Shown here: one piece after another, positions 29,737-32,000 of the stretch
Layout: the number at the start of each line of letters is the position of its first letter
How positions within the stretch are numbered: position 1 is the first letter of the stretch
Source: Prochlorococcus marinus str. NATL2A
GTDB taxonomy: Bacteria; Cyanobacteriota; Cyanobacteriia; PCC-6307; Cyanobiaceae
DNA length: 32,000 nucleotides
Assembly (NCBI RefSeq): GCF_000012465.1
Contig: NC_007335.2
Span: forward strand, 1,380,001-1,412,000
Direction of reading: 5' to 3'
Notes under the pieces: model-generated
Seen by the model: only the letters and a program-made list of their open reading frames with translations
Told to the model about the DNA's origin: nothing
Databases searched by the model: none
Program-made: the position numbers and the translations under genes

Positions 29737-30582
29737 TTAGGTTAATACCTTTTTAAGAGAAGCTGCAAATTCAGCATGAAGAGCATGAGACCCTTTATAA
29801 ACAAAAATTTGCGCTTTCGGTAATCCAACAAAAGCTAAATCTCCAATCAAGTCAAGCAATTTATGACGCACTGGTTCGTTTGCAAATCTCAAGGGTGGAT
29901 TCACCCAAGAATCACCATTACAAACCAACGCATTTTCAAGAGCTCCACCTTTAATTAGACCAGCTTTCTTTAATTCTTCTAACTGATCAAGAAAGCCAAA
30001 AGTTCGCGCAGGTGCAATTTCTTTAACAAAATTATTTGGGGACAGCTCAATAGAAAACATTTGCTGTCCAATTGCCTTATACGGGAAATCAATCAAACCT
30101 ACTAATTTCAATTTTTCTGATGGTATTGCAAAAATCACACTTTCTCCTTTGCTGACAAAAATTGGAGATTTGAGTTCCGGCCTTGGTCTGGGAGATGTAA
30201 TGGAATTAATCATTCCTACATTTTGAATTTCCTCGATCCAACCAATAGCAGAACCATCAAGTAAGGGAATCTCACTGCCAGTAATTTCTATATGTGCATG
30301 AGTTAAGCCTGCTCCAAGTAATGAAGCCAACAAGTGTTCAACGGTAGCTACTTTTTTTCCATTCAAATCAAGAGTTGTACATAAAGGCGTATTCCTTACT
30401 TGTGAAATATCTATGGGAGTAACTTTATTGGGTTCACTTGAAAAAGAGATATGAAATCCTGTTAATTCTGTTGGCTTAATTATTACTGTGCATTTAAGAC
30501 CTGTATGCAATCCAATACCATCTTTTTTAATTTCATTTTGAAGCGTCCAACCTTCTTCATAGTCATCGGGGAAAGAGAACAC
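29737..30582 (-). CDS. lpxC: UDP-3-O-acyl-N-acetylglucosamine deacetylase
   Basis: Blocks GIGLHTG, ATVEHLLASL.G.G, PLLDGSA, ARTFGF, NEPVRHKLLDLIGDL and GSHALH are typical LpxC. The start is GTG at 30582. Confidence 0.9.
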   Translation of the reverse strand: MFSFPDDYEEGWTLQNEIKKDGIGLHTGLKCTVIIKPTELTGFHISFSSEPNKVTPIDISQVRNTPLCTTLDLNGKKVATVEHLLASLLGAGLTHAHIEITGSEIPLLDGSAIGWIEEIQNVGMINSITSPRPRPELKSPIFVSKGESVIFAIPSEKLKLVGLIDFPYKAIGQQMFSIELSPNNFVKEIAPARTFGFLDQLEELKKAGLIKGGALENALVCNGDSWVNPPLRFANEPVRHKLLDLIGDLAFVGLPKAQIFVYKGSHALHAEFAASLKKVLT

Positions 30583-32000
30583 TAGAATTTCCAGCCAATT
30601 CCGATGTTATAGCGCCAATTACCACTGAAATCTTGAGTCGCCGCCTCTATTCGAATTGGGCCAACAGGTGTATTAATGACTGCACCTGGTCCAACAGAAA
30701 AACCAGAGCCTGGTTTTTCTAGAATTTTTCCAGGCTTCCCTGGAACATTTGATTGAGAGCCAAAATCAGATCCTGCGTCAACAAATAGGACCCCAGAGAC
30801 TAATCGCCAAATAGGAAATCTATATTCTCCTGTTGCCTCTCCAAAATTTCTTGCGACGCCTAAGTCACAAGAGTTCCAACCCCGAACAGAGCTGGCTCCT
30901 CCTAAGCAAAATGCTTCATAAGGAGGTAAATCTCCGATGATTGTTCCAATCTTTGCTTGAAAACCTATCGATTGAGAGCAATCTGATTTTTCTCCAGGCT
31001 TTGGTCGACAACCCTTATGAAACTTCAGCCAATTAACAGGATAAAAACGAGAATAACTAACCCGAGTTCTATTAAAAGTCGGTGAATTCTCACCTAAGCT
31101 AATAAATTGTTCAGAACCAATATTTAAATAATCTCCAGAGGTTGGATTTCTTGAATTATCTAAATTATTATAAGTAACTGCACTTTTAAAACTAACTAGT
31201 GTATTCTCTGTAGAGCAATTATACGCAACGCAAATAACTTCATTCTTAGGAACTTTCCCATCTATAAAATTTGTAGATGCTACGCCATAAGGTCTTTTAT
31301 CTCCGGCATAGTCTATTGGCTTAACTTTCTGGAAGTTTGCACCAATAAGCACACTCCAAGGAACCTTTTTTAGAGGCTGACCACCATTTAAAGGTCTTGC
31401 GAAAGAGAAGCCACCTCCTGTTCGCTCTAAGACAATAGAATCACCCTCATAATCAAACCAGCTAAACTGAGGTGCAGATAACTGAGCAGAATAAAGATTA
31501 GTAAATGGCCCAGTTTCTATTAAAGTATTATTATTATTTAGGTTTAAGTTTTGAGATTGATTAGTGTCGTAACTTGTTAACGAATTCGGGGCTTCATATC
31601 TATCTGTAACTCCTCTAATACTTCCACCCTCTTGACTTCTAAATTCTTGAGGAACCTCCCTACTTAAATATAATGAAGTTCTAAAAGATGTTCTATGTTT
31701 ATCATTTTTAATCCATGGATCATATAAGGAAAGATTTAGCAGTGCTCCATATTCACCATAAGTCAAATTCATATTTGATGACCATGATCTTCCCACCAGA
31801 TTGGACTCTTGTAATCCGATCTGTCCAAACACACCTTGACCTCCACTATAACCAAGCCCACCCGTCAAAGAGCCTGTTCTTTGTTCTGTTATACCTAGTG
31901 AAACTATAATCTTTCCAGGTTCCGAGATTACTGGTTTAAGAGTTACTTTTACATCACTAAAAAGTGACGTTGAGTATAATCTTTTAATATCTGATTCTAA
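30582..32000 (-). CDS. bamA: Omp85/BamA-family outer membrane protein, C-terminal beta-barrel (5' part lies beyond the window edge)
   Basis: Shows a beta-barrel pattern and ends in an aromatic residue (...NIGIGWKF). I translated 31869-32000 in the same frame and found no stop (LESDIKRLYSTSLFSDVKVTLKPVISEPGKIIVSLGITEQRTGSL), so the gene continues past 32000. The TTG start at 31868 in the track is an artefact. Confidence 0.85.
   Translation of the reverse strand, partial: LESDIKRLYSTSLFSDVKVTLKPVISEPGKIIVSLGITEQRTGSLTGGLGYSGGQGVFGQIGLQESNLVGRSWSSNMNLTYGEYGALLNLSLYDPWIKNDKHRTSFRTSLYLSREVPQEFRSQEGGSIRGVTDRYEAPNSLTSYDTNQSQNLNLNNNNTLIETGPFTNLYSAQLSAPQFSWFDYEGDSIVLERTGGGFSFARPLNGGQPLKKVPWSVLIGANFQKVKPIDYAGDKRPYGVASTNFIDGKVPKNEVICVAYNCSTENTLVSFKSAVTYNNLDNSRNPTSGDYLNIGSEQFISLGENSPTFNRTRVSYSRFYPVNWLKFHKGCRPKPGEKSDCSQSIGFQAKIGTIIGDLPPYEAFCLGGASSVRGWNSCDLGVARNFGEATGEYRFPIWRLVSGVLFVDAGSDFGSQSNVPGKPGKILEKPGSGFSVGPGAVINTPVGPIRIEAATQDFSGNWRYNIGIGWKF

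Overview
The window is very AT-rich and tightly packed, and it reads as core chromosome of a marine picocyanobacterium. By inference it is a high-light-adapted Prochlorococcus-like genome, based on the hli gene, the clpR-clpP3 pair, the ftsQ-ftsZ-panB order and the streamlined spacing. Recognisable genes, left to right: ftsQ-like, ftsZ, an SRP (4.5S) RNA absent from the ORF track (minus strand), panB, a hemW/hemN-like radical-SAM gene, a PIN/TRAM membrane protein, clpR, clpP, ilvC, cbiB, a polyprenyl-phosphate sugar transferase and a GT4 glycosyltransferase. A loosely packed stretch follows (about 11.1-15.3 kb). It holds a truncated NdhF/NuoL-like ORF, an HLIP gene, five small unassignable ORFs, the HU gene and two unusually long intergenic gaps. 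After that come glgX, tRNA-Gly(UCC), a GPH/MelB-type symporter (the family of the Prochlorococcus glucose transporter glcH), an MlaE-like permease, two conserved hypotheticals, plsY, pyrF, tyrS, a small conserved hypothetical, a GIY-YIG-domain protein, pepA, and a minus-strand bamA(partial)-lpxC-fabZ-lpxA-lpxB-msrA block. I found no CRISPR array, transposase, integrase, phage gene or recognisable defence or toxin module, and no convincing novel multi-gene system. The points most worth a second look are the unannotated SRP RNA, conserved CbiB N-terminal residues lying upstream of any canonical start codon, the NdhF-like remnant, the small-ORF stretch, the two long AT-rich intergenic regions (one with an 18-bp hairpin, one with a perfect Shine-Dalgarno plus sORF), the GIY-YIG protein, and a perfect 44-bp palindrome. 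All protein calls come from reading motifs in the supplied translations; no database search was run.
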